A stretch of DNA of 63,418 bases, counting the filler, from Candidatus Desantisbacteria bacterium CG1_02_49_89 (GTDB lineage: Bacteria; Desantisbacteria; UBA1551): the NCBI GenBank assembly GCA_001871075.1. It is 4 parts of 4 records of this genome, joined end to end, with 100 filler letters (N's around TTAATTAATTAA, not from the genome) between each part and the next. Parts side by side here need not be neighbours in the genome. Positions count along the whole stretch, not along the records: positions 22,271 to 50,795 come from MNUP01000063.1; 3 more parts are not named here. One strand, given 5' to 3'. A model generated the notes under the pieces. It searched no databases, was not told where the DNA came from, and worked only from the letters and a program-made list of their open reading frames with translations. Positions 28,339 through 37,689 of the stretch are shown one piece after another; position 1 is the stretch's first letter, and the number at the start of each line of letters is the position of its first letter. The position numbers and the translations under genes were made by a program.

Positions 28339-29904
28339 CTAATGACTGCTCTTCTCTTCTTTCATGAGCTTGTATTCAATACTGTCAACAAGGGCCTGCC
28401 ACGACGCTTCTATGATGTTCTCCGAAACCCCCACGGTGCCCCAGGTATCCTCATCGTCGCTTGATTCGATCAGCACGCGCGTTTTAGCCCCGGTCGCTGT
28501 CTCCGGATTTATGATCCTCACCTTGTAGTCAGTCAGGTGCATTTCCTTCAGGACCGGATAGAACTGCTCCAAAGCCTTGCGCAGGGCGTTGTCAAGCGCG
28601 TTTACAGGGCCGTCTCCCAGCGCGGCGGTATGTTCTTCCTTGCCTTTTACGGTCAGCCTTATAGTGGCTTCCGAAACCATCTTGCCGTCGTGCTTTTCAA
28701 CAACAACCTTGAAGCCCTTCAGGTTGAACGCCTTTTTATGCTGCCCGATGATCTTTCTGACCATGAGCTCGAATGACGCTTCAGCGCCTTCGAACTGGTA
28801 ACCTTCGTGCTCAAGGTCTTTTAATTTCTTTAAGATACTGCCGATCTTCTTGTCGTCCTTTTTCAGGTCAAGCCCGAATTCCTCCGCTTTGAATACAATG
28901 CTGCTTTTGCCTGAAAGCTCGGAAACCAGGATCCTGCGCTTGTTCCCGACCTTCTCAGGCTCAATGTGCTCATAGCTCCTGCTCTGTTTCTGGACGGCAT
29001 CCGCGTGCACCCCGGCTTTGTGCACGAAAGCGCTTAGGCCCACATACGGCTGGTTTACCTGCGGCACAAGATTAGCTATCTCAGCCACAAAATGCGATAC
29101 CTCGGTAAGCATTGCGAGGGACCTGTCGCTGACGCAGTCTATCCCGAGTTTAAGCTTAAGGTTGGGGATCACGGAACAGAGATTCGCGTTGCCGCTTCTT
29201 TCCCCGTACCCGTTTATCGTGCCCTGTACTTGTACAGCGCCTTCTTTTACCGCCACAATAGTGTTCGCTACAGCGGCATCAGAATCGTTATGCATATGCG
29301 CGCCCAGAGTGACTTTCACAGTTTTCCCGGCTTCCCTGAACGCGGCCCTGACCTCATCAGGCATCGCGCCGCCGTTCGTGTCGCACAGGACGATCACATC
29401 AGCTCCTGCTTCTTCCGCTGCTTTCAAAGTTTTAAGAGCGTATCCCGGGTCATCCCTGAACCCGTCGAAAAAGTGCTCAGCGTCGTAAAAAACTTCCTTT
29501 GTTTTTTCTTTCAGGAAGGCAATTGTGTCCCTTATCATTTCCATGTTCTCTTCAGGGGTAGTTTTCAGGACCTCCTTCACGTGCAGAAGCCAGGATTTCC
29601 CGAAAACTGTTATAACATCGGTTCCCGCCCTGACAAGCGTCTGAAGGTTTGTGTCTTCCCCGGCTTTCTTGTGCGGTTTTCTCGTGCTGCCGAAACTTGC
29701 TATTTTTGAATTTTTCAACCGCAGGGATCTTACTTTCTGGAAGAAGCCGATATCCTTCGGATTGGACCCGGGCCACCCGCCTTCGATATAATGCATGCCC
29801 AGCGCGTCAAGTTTTTTCGCGATCTTCAGTTTATCTTCGAGGGAGAAAGAAACCCCTTCTCCCTGCGCGCCGTCGCGCAAAGTCGTATCGTAGATTTTAA
29901 CCAT
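28339..29904 (-). CDS. cimA: Citramalate synthase (LeuA-related, CimA type)
   Basis: [63 protein letters not shown]. Confidence 0.93.
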   Translation of the reverse strand: MVKIYDTTLRDGAQGEGVSFSLEDKLKIAKKLDALGMHYIEGGWPGSNPKDIGFFQKVRSLRLKNSKIASFGSTRKPHKKAGEDTNLQTLVRAGTDVITVFGKSWLLHVKEVLKTTPEENMEMIRDTIAFLKEKTKEVFYDAEHFFDGFRDDPGYALKTLKAAEEAGADVIVLCDTNGGAMPDEVRAAFREAGKTVKVTLGAHMHNDSDAAVANTIVAVKEGAVQVQGTINGYGERSGNANLCSVIPNLKLKLGIDCVSDRSLAMLTEVSHFVAEIANLVPQVNQPYVGLSAFVHKAGVHADAVQKQSRSYEHIEPEKVGNKRRILVSELSGKSSIVFKAEEFGLDLKKDDKKIGSILKKLKDLEHEGYQFEGAEASFELMVRKIIGQHKKAFNLKGFKVVVEKHDGKMVSEATIRLTVKGKEEHTAALGDGPVNALDNALRKALEQFYPVLKEMHLTDYKVRIINPETATGAKTRVLIESSDDEDTWGTVGVSENIIEASWQALVDSIEYKLMKEEKSSH

Positions 29905-29945
29905 ATTTACTCCTTATTATTCTTTGTTATTAATATATCTTATTC

Positions 29946-31352
29946 TTATTTAATTTTAATCATATCTATGAATTCTCTTAGTTGTGGAAATAAAGCATTT
30001 ATTTTAACAATTTGATACGCACACTGCAATGCCATCAACTTTTCTCCCTGTTCCAAAAATAACAATCCTGCCTGATAAAAATCATCACATGCTGATTCTT
30101 TGTGATCAAGCGCTTTGTTAGCCATTCCTCGTCCATTATATGCAAGTGCATTTTTTGGATCAAGGTCTATAGTTAACGTATAATCATCTACGGCTTTTTT
30201 GTAATCTTTTTTATTTAAATAAGCAATTCCACGATTATAATAAACTATTGATCTACCGGGATCTAGTTCGATCGCTTTTGTATAATCTTCTATTGCCAGG
30301 TCCTGGAAACCTTTAATATCAAAAGCGCTTCCGCGGTTGCAGTATGCTGCCGTATCTTTTGGATTTGACGCAATTACTTTAGTAAAATCATTTATCGCCT
30401 TGTCTATCTCTCCCTTTCTGGCATAAACAACACCTCTTCGAGAATAAACATCTATAAGTCCAGTATCCAAATTTATAGCCTTACTCCAATCCTTTATTGC
30501 TTTTTCGTATTCACCTTTATCACTGTATGTATTGGCTCGGTTATAATATGCAAAAGCGTTCAGGGGATCTATTTCAATTTCTTTATCAAAATCTTCTAAA
30601 GCTTCAAAAATACGCCCTTCATTTAAATAAATTATTCCGCGATAACAATGAACCATAACGTGCTTTGGATCAAGCTTGATCGTCTTGTTGTAATCTTCTA
30701 TGGCTCTTTTATAATCACCCTTTCTGTCATATGCTACCCCGCGGTTATAATGGGCATAAGTAAATGTATTTTCCAATTCAATCACTTTAGTATAGTCTAG
30801 AATGGCACTGTCATAATCAGAATTATATATATAGGCGTTTCCTCGATTGTAGTATGCCTCGTAACTTCCTGGTTCAAGTTGAATAAATTTAGTAAGATCT
30901 ATAATTGCTTTACCATAATAACCTTTCTTGCCAAAAGATATACCCCGATTAAAATAAACAGATGTTTCTTTCGGATCCAATTCTATCGCTTTGGTGTAAT
31001 CTTTAATCGCATCTTCTTCCTGACCTTTTATACTGAAAATATAACCACGGCAGATATAAATATATGCATCTTCTTTGTTTAATTCGATCGCTTTATTATA
31101 ATCCTTTAAAGCTTCATCGAGATTTTCTATATCGGCAAAAGCACTACCCCGGTAGTAATATAATAAATAATTTGCATCCAGTTCAATTGCTTTAGTATAG
31201 TATTCGATTTTTATAGAAGGTGTGTCTGTTTCTTCAGCTTTCTTGAGCCATTCTCTGGATTTATTTTGATTTAAAGATAAAGTTTCTTCTGCAAAACAAA
31301 TTGTATAAATAACAGAATGTAACAATACTATTAAAACTAATCTCTTTCTCAT
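29946..31352 (-). CDS. Secreted tetratricopeptide-repeat protein (about 11 TPRs), AT-rich
   Basis: Signal peptide; repeated AYYNRG...AI.DY.KAIELDP units. Confidence 0.92.
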   Translation of the reverse strand: MRKRLVLIVLLHSVIYTICFAEETLSLNQNKSREWLKKAEETDTPSIKIEYYTKAIELDANYLLYYYRGSAFADIENLDEALKDYNKAIELNKEDAYIYICRGYIFSIKGQEEDAIKDYTKAIELDPKETSVYFNRGISFGKKGYYGKAIIDLTKFIQLEPGSYEAYYNRGNAYIYNSDYDSAILDYTKVIELENTFTYAHYNRGVAYDRKGDYKRAIEDYNKTIKLDPKHVMVHCYRGIIYLNEGRIFEALEDFDKEIEIDPLNAFAYYNRANTYSDKGEYEKAIKDWSKAINLDTGLIDVYSRRGVVYARKGEIDKAINDFTKVIASNPKDTAAYCNRGSAFDIKGFQDLAIEDYTKAIELDPGRSIVYYNRGIAYLNKKDYKKAVDDYTLTIDLDPKNALAYNGRGMANKALDHKESACDDFYQAGLLFLEQGEKLMALQCAYQIVKINALFPQLREFIDMIKIK

Positions 31353-31386
31353 TACATACCCCAAAAATAATCAGGTATTTAGATTT

Positions 31387-31476
31387 AAATAGGGACAGCC
31401 CCCATTTTTTAAAACCCTTATTTTACAGCCTTTTTCTGCTACCCTTGACATTAGAAAAAACAGCCTGTCCCTTTTT
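31387..31476. repeat. GGGACAG...CTGTCCC inverted-end element
   Basis: aaatagggacagc ... gcctgtcccttttt; its left part resembles the reverse complement of about 22015-22055. Confidence 0.65.
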
Positions 31477-31521
31477 ATACGTCCCGCAATGTCGTATCGT
31501 ATATTTTTACCATAATCCACC

Positions 31522-31842
31522 CTATTTCTTGATTTCCTTTCTTTTTTGAATCTTATATGCAGCTTTCGGTTCCTCAATCCCTATTCCTGTTCTGTGATTT
31601 TTTTTCGAAGCCTCTAATATGGTTATGCCAACGAGTTGATTCTCTTTATACCGCATAAGCAATCCCTTGTCCTTAAGCATAACTGATTCGGTCGCTTTCT
31701 GAGGACGCCTGAAACTAATATAAAGCGCATCTGCTTCCTTATCATAATCTATCCACATTCTTGTTTCAGGAAACTTTAATAAATGAGGGGTCGCCTCATA
31801 GATTTCAGATATAATATTTTCTGCTATCACTGTTTTTGCCAT
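31522..31842 (-). CDS. DUF2283-type putative antitoxin
   Basis: IDYDKEADALYISF...LVGITILEAS signature. Confidence 0.8.
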   Translation of the reverse strand: MAKTVIAENIISEIYEATPHLLKFPETRMWIDYDKEADALYISFRRPQKATESVMLKDKGLLMRYKENQLVGITILEASKKNHRTGIGIEEPKAAYKIQKRKEIKK

Positions 31843-32129
31843 ATGATTACCTCCTTTTCAATCTTTATCCTGCTGGTGAAGTATGCAGTTATGATAAGAC
31901 CGTTGTTTTCAGATTCCTTGTATACAACAGCCAGAAACTTGTTCTTTAGCATTTGAGTTAAAGCAATCAGCGCTCCCCCATAACCTTCTATAATACAATC
32001 CGGCTCTTCAACTGTTTTAAGAACATCTTCGTAATAACCGGCTAAGTCATCGTGGTTTTCTATTATATGGAACCACCTTTCTTCCGTCAGTCTTACGGTA
32101 ACATTATTTTTTGACTTAACAACGTCCAT
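31827..32129 (-). CDS. Putative RelE/BECR-fold toxin paired with DUF2283
   Basis: VRLTEERWFHI.E.H, LAVVY, IITAY; overlaps the downstream DUF2283 gene. Confidence 0.65.
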   Translation of the reverse strand: MDVVKSKNNVTVRLTEERWFHIIENHDDLAGYYEDVLKTVEEPDCIIEGYGGALIALTQMLKNKFLAVVYKESENNGLIITAYFTSRIKIEKEVIIWQKQ

Positions 32130-32154
32130 CGTTATTCCCCGATGCTGCTCAAGT

Positions 32155-33315
32155 CTATCGTTTCACTGCGACCCATTTTGCGGATTTGCTGGATTCCAGA
32201 ACCGCGTCGCATATCAGGAGCTCGTCGTTACCGTCCACGAATGTGGAAAAATCCGGCTTGTCCCTAACGGGATCCTTGCCTTCCGCGATGAAAGAATACA
32301 CCCTTAAAAGGAAATTCTTCAGCCCGTCAGGATAGGCTTCCGGATGCCCGCCCGGGTAAAAAGCGTATGCCTTTGCCTCCGGGCTTAAAAGAGACGGGTC
32401 CTTGACAAGGATCTCATTCGCTTTCTCCCTGTACCCTATCCACATCTCGTTCGGCGTTTCCTGGTCCCACACGACCGCGGACTTCGAGCCGTAGACCTCG
32501 AAGAAAAGCCGGTTCTTCCTTCCAGCGCAGCACTGGCATACCGTGAGCACGCCTTTCGAGCCGTTGTCAAAATTGAGAAGGAGCGTGGCGTAATCCTCTG
32601 TTAACACCTTCTTACTCTCATAATCCGCCGGCTTCAGCTCTTTGCCCGCGTAAGTCTCTATCGCTTTTTTCGGCTTTTTTCTGTACTCGTGTATGATCTT
32701 CATATCCGCAAATATGGAATCTATTTTCGAGCCGGTGATAAACTGGATCAGGTCGCACCAGTGTGAACCCACGTCTCCGACAGCCCTGGGATTGCCGCCC
32801 AGCTCAGGCTCAACGCGCCAGTTGTAGTCGGTATCCAGGTAGAGCCAGTCCTGCAGGTATGAGCCCATCACTGTGTAGATCGTACCGAGTTTGCCCTTTT
32901 TTATCATTGCCTTTGCTTCCTGCACAAGAGGGTAATACCGGTAGTTGAAATCAACCGCGTTAACCACGCCTTTTTCTTTCGCAAGGCTTACAAGCCTGGT
33001 CCCCTCTTCCGAGTTCATGGCGAGCGGCTTCTCGGAAATAACGTGCTTGCCCGCTTTTATTATATCGCTTGAGATCCGGACGTGCAGAGAATTGGGAGTG
33101 CAGTTGTGCACCACCTGTATCTCTTTGTCCGCGAGCATCTCTTTGTAATCGCCGTATGCCTTAGGGATGCACAGCTTCTCCGCCTTCTGCTTCGCAATCT
33201 CATCCCCTGCCTCCGCAAGCGCGACCATGTCAACGAACCCCAGCCGCCTCGCGGCCTCAACGTGCGCGGGCCCTATGAACCCGGTCCCGATTATTCCCGC
33301 TTTTATCTTTTTCAT
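32155..33315 (-). CDS. Gfo/Idh/MocA family oxidoreductase
   Basis: GIIGTGFIG, GKHVISEKP, YLQDWL, DVGSHW, PGGHPEAY. Confidence 0.93.
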   Translation of the reverse strand: MKKIKAGIIGTGFIGPAHVEAARRLGFVDMVALAEAGDEIAKQKAEKLCIPKAYGDYKEMLADKEIQVVHNCTPNSLHVRISSDIIKAGKHVISEKPLAMNSEEGTRLVSLAKEKGVVNAVDFNYRYYPLVQEAKAMIKKGKLGTIYTVMGSYLQDWLYLDTDYNWRVEPELGGNPRAVGDVGSHWCDLIQFITGSKIDSIFADMKIIHEYRKKPKKAIETYAGKELKPADYESKKVLTEDYATLLLNFDNGSKGVLTVCQCCAGRKNRLFFEVYGSKSAVVWDQETPNEMWIGYREKANEILVKDPSLLSPEAKAYAFYPGGHPEAYPDGLKNFLLRVYSFIAEGKDPVRDKPDFSTFVDGNDELLICDAVLESSKSAKWVAVKR

Positions 33316-33333
33316 TAATAACTCCTTATTTCT

Positions 33334-33451
33334 GATTACAACGATGAGAAGATCCGATTACAGCGATAAAATCCTTATCGCTGATATCTTTCTTTTATCT
33401 TTGAAATCATCATTTAATCGCTGATATCGTCTTTTAAAAATCGCTGCCATC
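33334..33451 (-). repeat. 118-bp dispersed element, copy 2 (inverted)
   Basis: Reverse complement aligns end to end with 23634-23750 (about 11 differences). Confidence 0.88.
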
Positions 33452-34631
33452 AATTATTATTTGCGATCACACGGGTCCACTTGCCGTCCTTCACCGAACG
33501 CTCAACCGCGTCCAGCACAACCTGGCACCTGTACCCGTCCTCGAAATTAGGGTGCGGCTCTTTATTCTTCGCTATGCAGTCCATCAGGTCCACGACTTCG
33601 TGCACGAATGTGTGCTCCCAGCCGATCGTGTGCCCCGGAGGCCACCAGCCCGCGATATAAGGGTGGTTCGGCTCTGTTACCAGGATCGTCCTGAACCCCC
33701 TGGCGTAATCCGGGTCTTTGCGGGAGTAGAATTGCAGTTCGTTTATCCTTTCCAGGTTGAATATGACGCTGCCCTCGCTGCCGTTGATCTCTATGCAGTT
33801 CATGTTCTTGTGGCCTGCCGCGAACCTGGTAGCCTCAAAAGTCGCGAGTGTGTCGGCCTTTGTGAACCTTGCGAGGAAGATCGCTGCGTCATCCACCGTG
33901 ACCTTCCCAATCCCTTCGGACTTGACCGTGCTTGTGATACCGTCGCTGGAAGTTGACCTTGGCCTTTCTTTTACGAATGTTTCGGTTGTCCCGACAACGC
34001 TGTCTATCTCGCCGACCCCGTCGCAGATAAGGAACCTGCAAAGGTCTATGAGATGCGCGCCGAGGTCACCCAGGGCTCCTGAGCCCGCTGATTCCTTCTC
34101 AAGCCTCCAGTTCAAAGGAAAAGCCGGGTCAACTATCCAGTCCTGCAGATAAACCGCGCGGAAATGGTGGATCCTGCCGATCTTCCCTTCGTCTATCAGT
34201 TTCTTAGCAAGGACTATGGCGGGAACCCTGCGGTAATTGAAACCTATCATATGCTTGACCTTCGCCTTATTCGCCGCGTCCAGCATTTCTCTTCCGTCTT
34301 TAAGGGTAAGGGCAAGGGGTTTCTCGCAGAAAATATGCTTTCCAGCCTTCGCTGCCGCTATCGCTATGTTGGCGTGCATCGCGGGCGGGGTTACAATATC
34401 TATCAGGTCAATATCATCCCTTTCCACAACCTTTTCCCAGGAAGTGCTGTATTCAGGCCAGCCGAACCTGGCGGCAGCGGCCTTCACGTCAGCCTCAGTC
34501 CTGCCGCACAGCACCTTCATTACCGGCTGTGCCGCGGGGCTGAAAAACATAGCCGCGTCCCTGTACGCCCGGCTGTGAGCCTTACCCATGAACTTGTAAC
34601 CGATCAACGCCACGTTTACCTTCTTAGCCAT
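33450..34631 (-). CDS. Gfo/Idh/MocA family oxidoreductase
   Basis: ALIGYKFMGKAHS, GKHIFCEKP, YLQDW, GALGDLGAH, WWPPGHTIGWEHTF. Confidence 0.93.
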   Translation of the reverse strand: MAKKVNVALIGYKFMGKAHSRAYRDAAMFFSPAAQPVMKVLCGRTEADVKAAAARFGWPEYSTSWEKVVERDDIDLIDIVTPPAMHANIAIAAAKAGKHIFCEKPLALTLKDGREMLDAANKAKVKHMIGFNYRRVPAIVLAKKLIDEGKIGRIHHFRAVYLQDWIVDPAFPLNWRLEKESAGSGALGDLGAHLIDLCRFLICDGVGEIDSVVGTTETFVKERPRSTSSDGITSTVKSEGIGKVTVDDAAIFLARFTKADTLATFEATRFAAGHKNMNCIEINGSEGSVIFNLERINELQFYSRKDPDYARGFRTILVTEPNHPYIAGWWPPGHTIGWEHTFVHEVVDLMDCIAKNKEPHPNFEDGYRCQVVLDAVERSVKDGKWTRVIANNN

Positions 34632-34649
34632 CTCTCCCCTCCTAGATAT

Positions 34650-34749
34650 AATTATGAGTGCTGAATTATGAATTATGAATCAACAACAAGGATTTTTCTA
34701 TTTAAAATAAATTCCTTGACTCATAATTCATAACTCATAATTCATAATT
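34650..34749. repeat. Heptamer AATTATG/CATAATT inverted-array element
   Basis: Arms and central spacer match the reverse complement of 46311-46398; partial copy at 37642-37691. Confidence 0.85.
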
Positions 34750-34750
34750 G

Positions 34751-35833
34751 TTATTTCAAGCCGCATAGAACTTTGCGGCGCTCAATGTAGTATTTGTAGT
34801 TGTCAAACGAAACGTCTTCAGGGATCGCGTGGTCAACCAGGGGTATGAACCCGCCTTCGGCAGTGATCCCCGCAAGCCTGTTGATCTCCGCGTCGATCTC
34901 TTTTCTTCCCTTTGCCAGCGCCCTCTTGTCCACGTTGCCCCACATTATTATGTTCTTCCCGTAGATCTTGCGCAGTTTTACCGCGTCCATCCCCGCGGCT
35001 ACTTCGAGCGGGTAAAAACCCGTGACCCCGCCTTCGATCCACAGGGGAATAAGCTCCTCGATGTTCCCGTCGCAGTCCACCCAGGAATGCCTGACCCCGT
35101 GCTCCCTCAGGAGCGCGGTGATCTTCTTGTAATGCGGCAGCATGAACTCCCTGAACATTTTCGGCGATATCAGAGGGCCGGTCTTGTAACACATATCCTC
35201 CCAGAAACAGGCGTAGTCTATGTCCTTTACTTCGTCAAGCGCCCTGTGCAGGACCTTCATTGCGAAGTCAAGTATGAACTCGTTCATCTCGTGTATAAGG
35301 CCGGGGTCGTCGAAGAACATCACGCTAAGGTTCTCAACGCCCACCCAGTTGCGGATCCAGCCGTAGAAACTGCACGCACCTATCGTCAGCGGGTAATCCC
35401 TTTTCTTCATAGTCTCTTTCCACTCTTTCCAGTCTGTTTCAGGCGGGTACCTGCACGGAGAACTAACGTTCATCCTTTTCCTATAATCCTCCCAGTCTTT
35501 CCTGGTTTTTATGGGATATTCTATCCACTGGGGCATCCCGAACCCCGAATATTCCTTGAACTGCTTCTTTATTGAATTATCGCCGTCCCTGAAAACCCGG
35601 TACTTGTCGGTTTCTTCAAGCGTCTCGTATTTAAAACCGGGGATTATACCCAGGTTCACAGGGACCCCGGCTGTCCGTTCAAAACCGAAATATTCCGAGA
35701 TATGCACGTCCTGCGGCAGGCCTTCTTTATACCAGCGCTCCAAACCTGTAGGCGAGTACCAGTCCATCCAGAACGGAACATGGTCCTGCTTCTTGAATTC
35801 AACCATTTTCCAATATCTTTCTCTTTCAGTCAT
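34751..35833 (-). CDS. Uroporphyrinogen decarboxylase/MtaA-like family protein
   Basis: MTERER start, WEDMCYKTGPLISPKMFREF, VDCDGN, PLEVAAGMD, GGFIPLVDH. Confidence 0.88.
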   Translation of the reverse strand: MTERERYWKMVEFKKQDHVPFWMDWYSPTGLERWYKEGLPQDVHISEYFGFERTAGVPVNLGIIPGFKYETLEETDKYRVFRDGDNSIKKQFKEYSGFGMPQWIEYPIKTRKDWEDYRKRMNVSSPCRYPPETDWKEWKETMKKRDYPLTIGACSFYGWIRNWVGVENLSVMFFDDPGLIHEMNEFILDFAMKVLHRALDEVKDIDYACFWEDMCYKTGPLISPKMFREFMLPHYKKITALLREHGVRHSWVDCDGNIEELIPLWIEGGVTGFYPLEVAAGMDAVKLRKIYGKNIIMWGNVDKRALAKGRKEIDAEINRLAGITAEGGFIPLVDHAIPEDVSFDNYKYYIERRKVLCGLK

Positions 35834-35869
35834 TTTGCAACCCCTTAAATGCCGCATATGGCATATGGC

Positions 35870-36328
35870 TTATTTCTGCAAATCCTCTCTCATCGTTAAA
35901 ATTAATTTATTAAATGTATTCGTCCAGTTTGTAGCCAAATTCTGTATTGAACTATTTTTTTCTTTTTCTGTTTGGAGGTTCTCTATTTTTATTATTTCTA
36001 TTGCTAAAGTTTTCCGGGTTTTTTCAACTAAATTAGCATATCCTAATAATGATTTAGTGACTTTTTCCGAAGCATATAAATGAAGAATATCAATTGCAAT
36101 TTTCATAGAATCAATTTTTTCATTAATTTCTTCGGATTTTTTAGGATTATCATCATAACTAAACAAGAGAGTTGTGAAGTCTTCTATTGTTCCAAATGCT
36201 TTAATGAATTCTTCATATACTCTTTTTTTATTTTCGTGAATTACCGACCACCTTTGAGTGCAAAAAGTTATTAACCCACCTACCAATACGCCTAAAAAAC
36301 CAAAAAGCACAGTTTGCCAACCTTCCAT
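35870..36328 (-). CDS. Hypothetical protein with N-terminal TM helix, AT-rich
   Basis: 152-aa ORF, one hydrophobic N-terminal helix followed by a helical charged region. Confidence 0.7.
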   Translation of the reverse strand: MEGWQTVLFGFLGVLVGGLITFCTQRWSVIHENKKRVYEEFIKAFGTIEDFTTLLFSYDDNPKKSEEINEKIDSMKIAIDILHLYASEKVTKSLLGYANLVEKTRKTLAIEIIKIENLQTEKEKNSSIQNLATNWTNTFNKLILTMREDLQK

Positions 36329-36340
36329 AAATTACCCTTT

Positions 36341-36988
36341 TCACTTCTCTGTTTCTTCGTAGATTTTGTCCATAAGTTTTTTGATTAAAGGAGAAGATGG
36401 ATCTACATTTTTCATAGAATCAATACATTTTAAGGATTCAGTTTTTTTATTTTGTTTCAGATCCAATAATCCTGCTTTGTAAAGATCATCACAGGCTACC
36501 GTTGGAAGTTTTAAAGTAGCATAAATAACTCCGCGCTTGAAATAAATGACAGGATCTTCGGGTTCCAGTTCTATTGCTTTGGTGTAGTCATCTATTGCTT
36601 TTTGGTATTGGTTTAAAAGAAAATAAGCATTCCCACGGCTGTTGTAGATACCGGCTCTGTAAACGGAGATTTCCCTTTCAGCAAAACTCTTGTAATCAGC
36701 ACCTGCAAGGACGTTGGTGTAGTCATCTATTGCTTTTTGGTATTGGCCTAAATTAAAATAAGCACCCCCACGATATTCATAAAGAACACAAGACATATAA
36801 GTATCCTCAAGATTTACTTCTATTACTTTAGTGTAGTATTTAATTTTTAAGTTTAAGGTTTCTGATTGTTCCGCTTTAATAACCCATTTAAAAAATTCAT
36901 TAACTTGTTGAGTGGTTAAAGTTTCATTTGCGAAACAGTAAATACTTATACAAAGAAAAAATGTAGTAAACAAAATCCGTTTGAGCAT
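36341..36988 (-). CDS. Secreted short TPR protein, paralog of 29946-31352
   Basis: Shares the KI.YYTK.IE N-terminal and ACDD.Y.AGLL C-terminal caps; about 3 TPRs. Confidence 0.88.
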   Translation of the reverse strand: MLKRILFTTFFLCISIYCFANETLTTQQVNEFFKWVIKAEQSETLNLKIKYYTKVIEVNLEDTYMSCVLYEYRGGAYFNLGQYQKAIDDYTNVLAGADYKSFAEREISVYRAGIYNSRGNAYFLLNQYQKAIDDYTKAIELEPEDPVIYFKRGVIYATLKLPTVACDDLYKAGLLDLKQNKKTESLKCIDSMKNVDPSSPLIKKLMDKIYEETEK

Positions 36989-37110
36989 TTTAACCTCATT
37001 CTCATCGGAAAAATATTTATCAAAGGGAATATTAAGCCCTTGGTTCCCGCGAATAAATGCATTTTAAAACGTTTACGTGATTCGTTTTTACTGTTTTCTT
37101 ATAGCCCATT

Positions 37111-37320
37111 CTATGCGAATACCAAACGCCCTTTTGGTTTAGGAATTGCCCTTTTTAATTCTTTGGCGGTTTCTATCCATTCCTGAATTACCGTTTCTGC
37201 GTTATCCAGAGCTTCCTGATAGGTTTTCCCATCAGCCATACAGCCGGGTAATTCAGGCACATCCGCGATAAACGCTTCGTCTTCATAGCTCCAATAGATA
37301 ATAACTTCATACCTAAACAT
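37111..37320 (-). CDS. hicB: HicB family antitoxin
   Basis: YEVIIYWS.ED.AFIADVPELPGCMADG.T. Confidence 0.9.
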   Translation of the reverse strand: MFRYEVIIYWSYEDEAFIADVPELPGCMADGKTYQEALDNAETVIQEWIETAKELKRAIPKPKGRLVFA

Positions 37321-37570
37321 TTTTACCTCCGAGTTTATGCTTTAGAATTATATTTCGAACCTGCTTAACTTGATACGGCTTTGCTTTTGCGCCTTTAGGC
37401 TGTAAGTTCAAAATCTCCGCAATATCATCTCTCGTAAAAATATGATGACTGCCACGAATACGCTCGTCAAAATTCATTCTATCCAGTAATAAACACATTT
37501 CCATAAAAGAAATATTCGAATCAGAATTACCCTGCAAAATGCGAATCAAAAATTTTTTATATTGAATCAT
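37313..37570 (-). CDS. hicA: HicA family toxin
   Basis: RIRGSHHIF, LNLQP, AKPYQVKQVR; directly upstream of hicB. Confidence 0.88.
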   Translation of the reverse strand: MIQYKKFLIRILQGNSDSNISFMEMCLLLDRMNFDERIRGSHHIFTRDDIAEILNLQPKGAKAKPYQVKQVRNIILKHKLGGKNV

Positions 37571-37689
37571 GGCCTTTCCTTTATGGAATGTTAATAAACA
37601 AAATATGAATCAGGGCTGAAGCCCTGAGTTACATAAAAATATTGCTTTTGATTCATAATGCCCCTCGGGGCATAACTCATAATTCATAA

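Noticed and set aside
36579-36746. 33-bp exact duplication in the short TPR gene as a possible DGR template/variable repeat
   Set aside because: In-frame copy of a TPR unit with no adenine-specific mismatches, and no reverse transcriptase in the window.
29946-37570. Integron cassette array
   Set aside because: No intI, and I could not find RYYYAAC...GTTRRRY attC-like stems at the islet boundaries.
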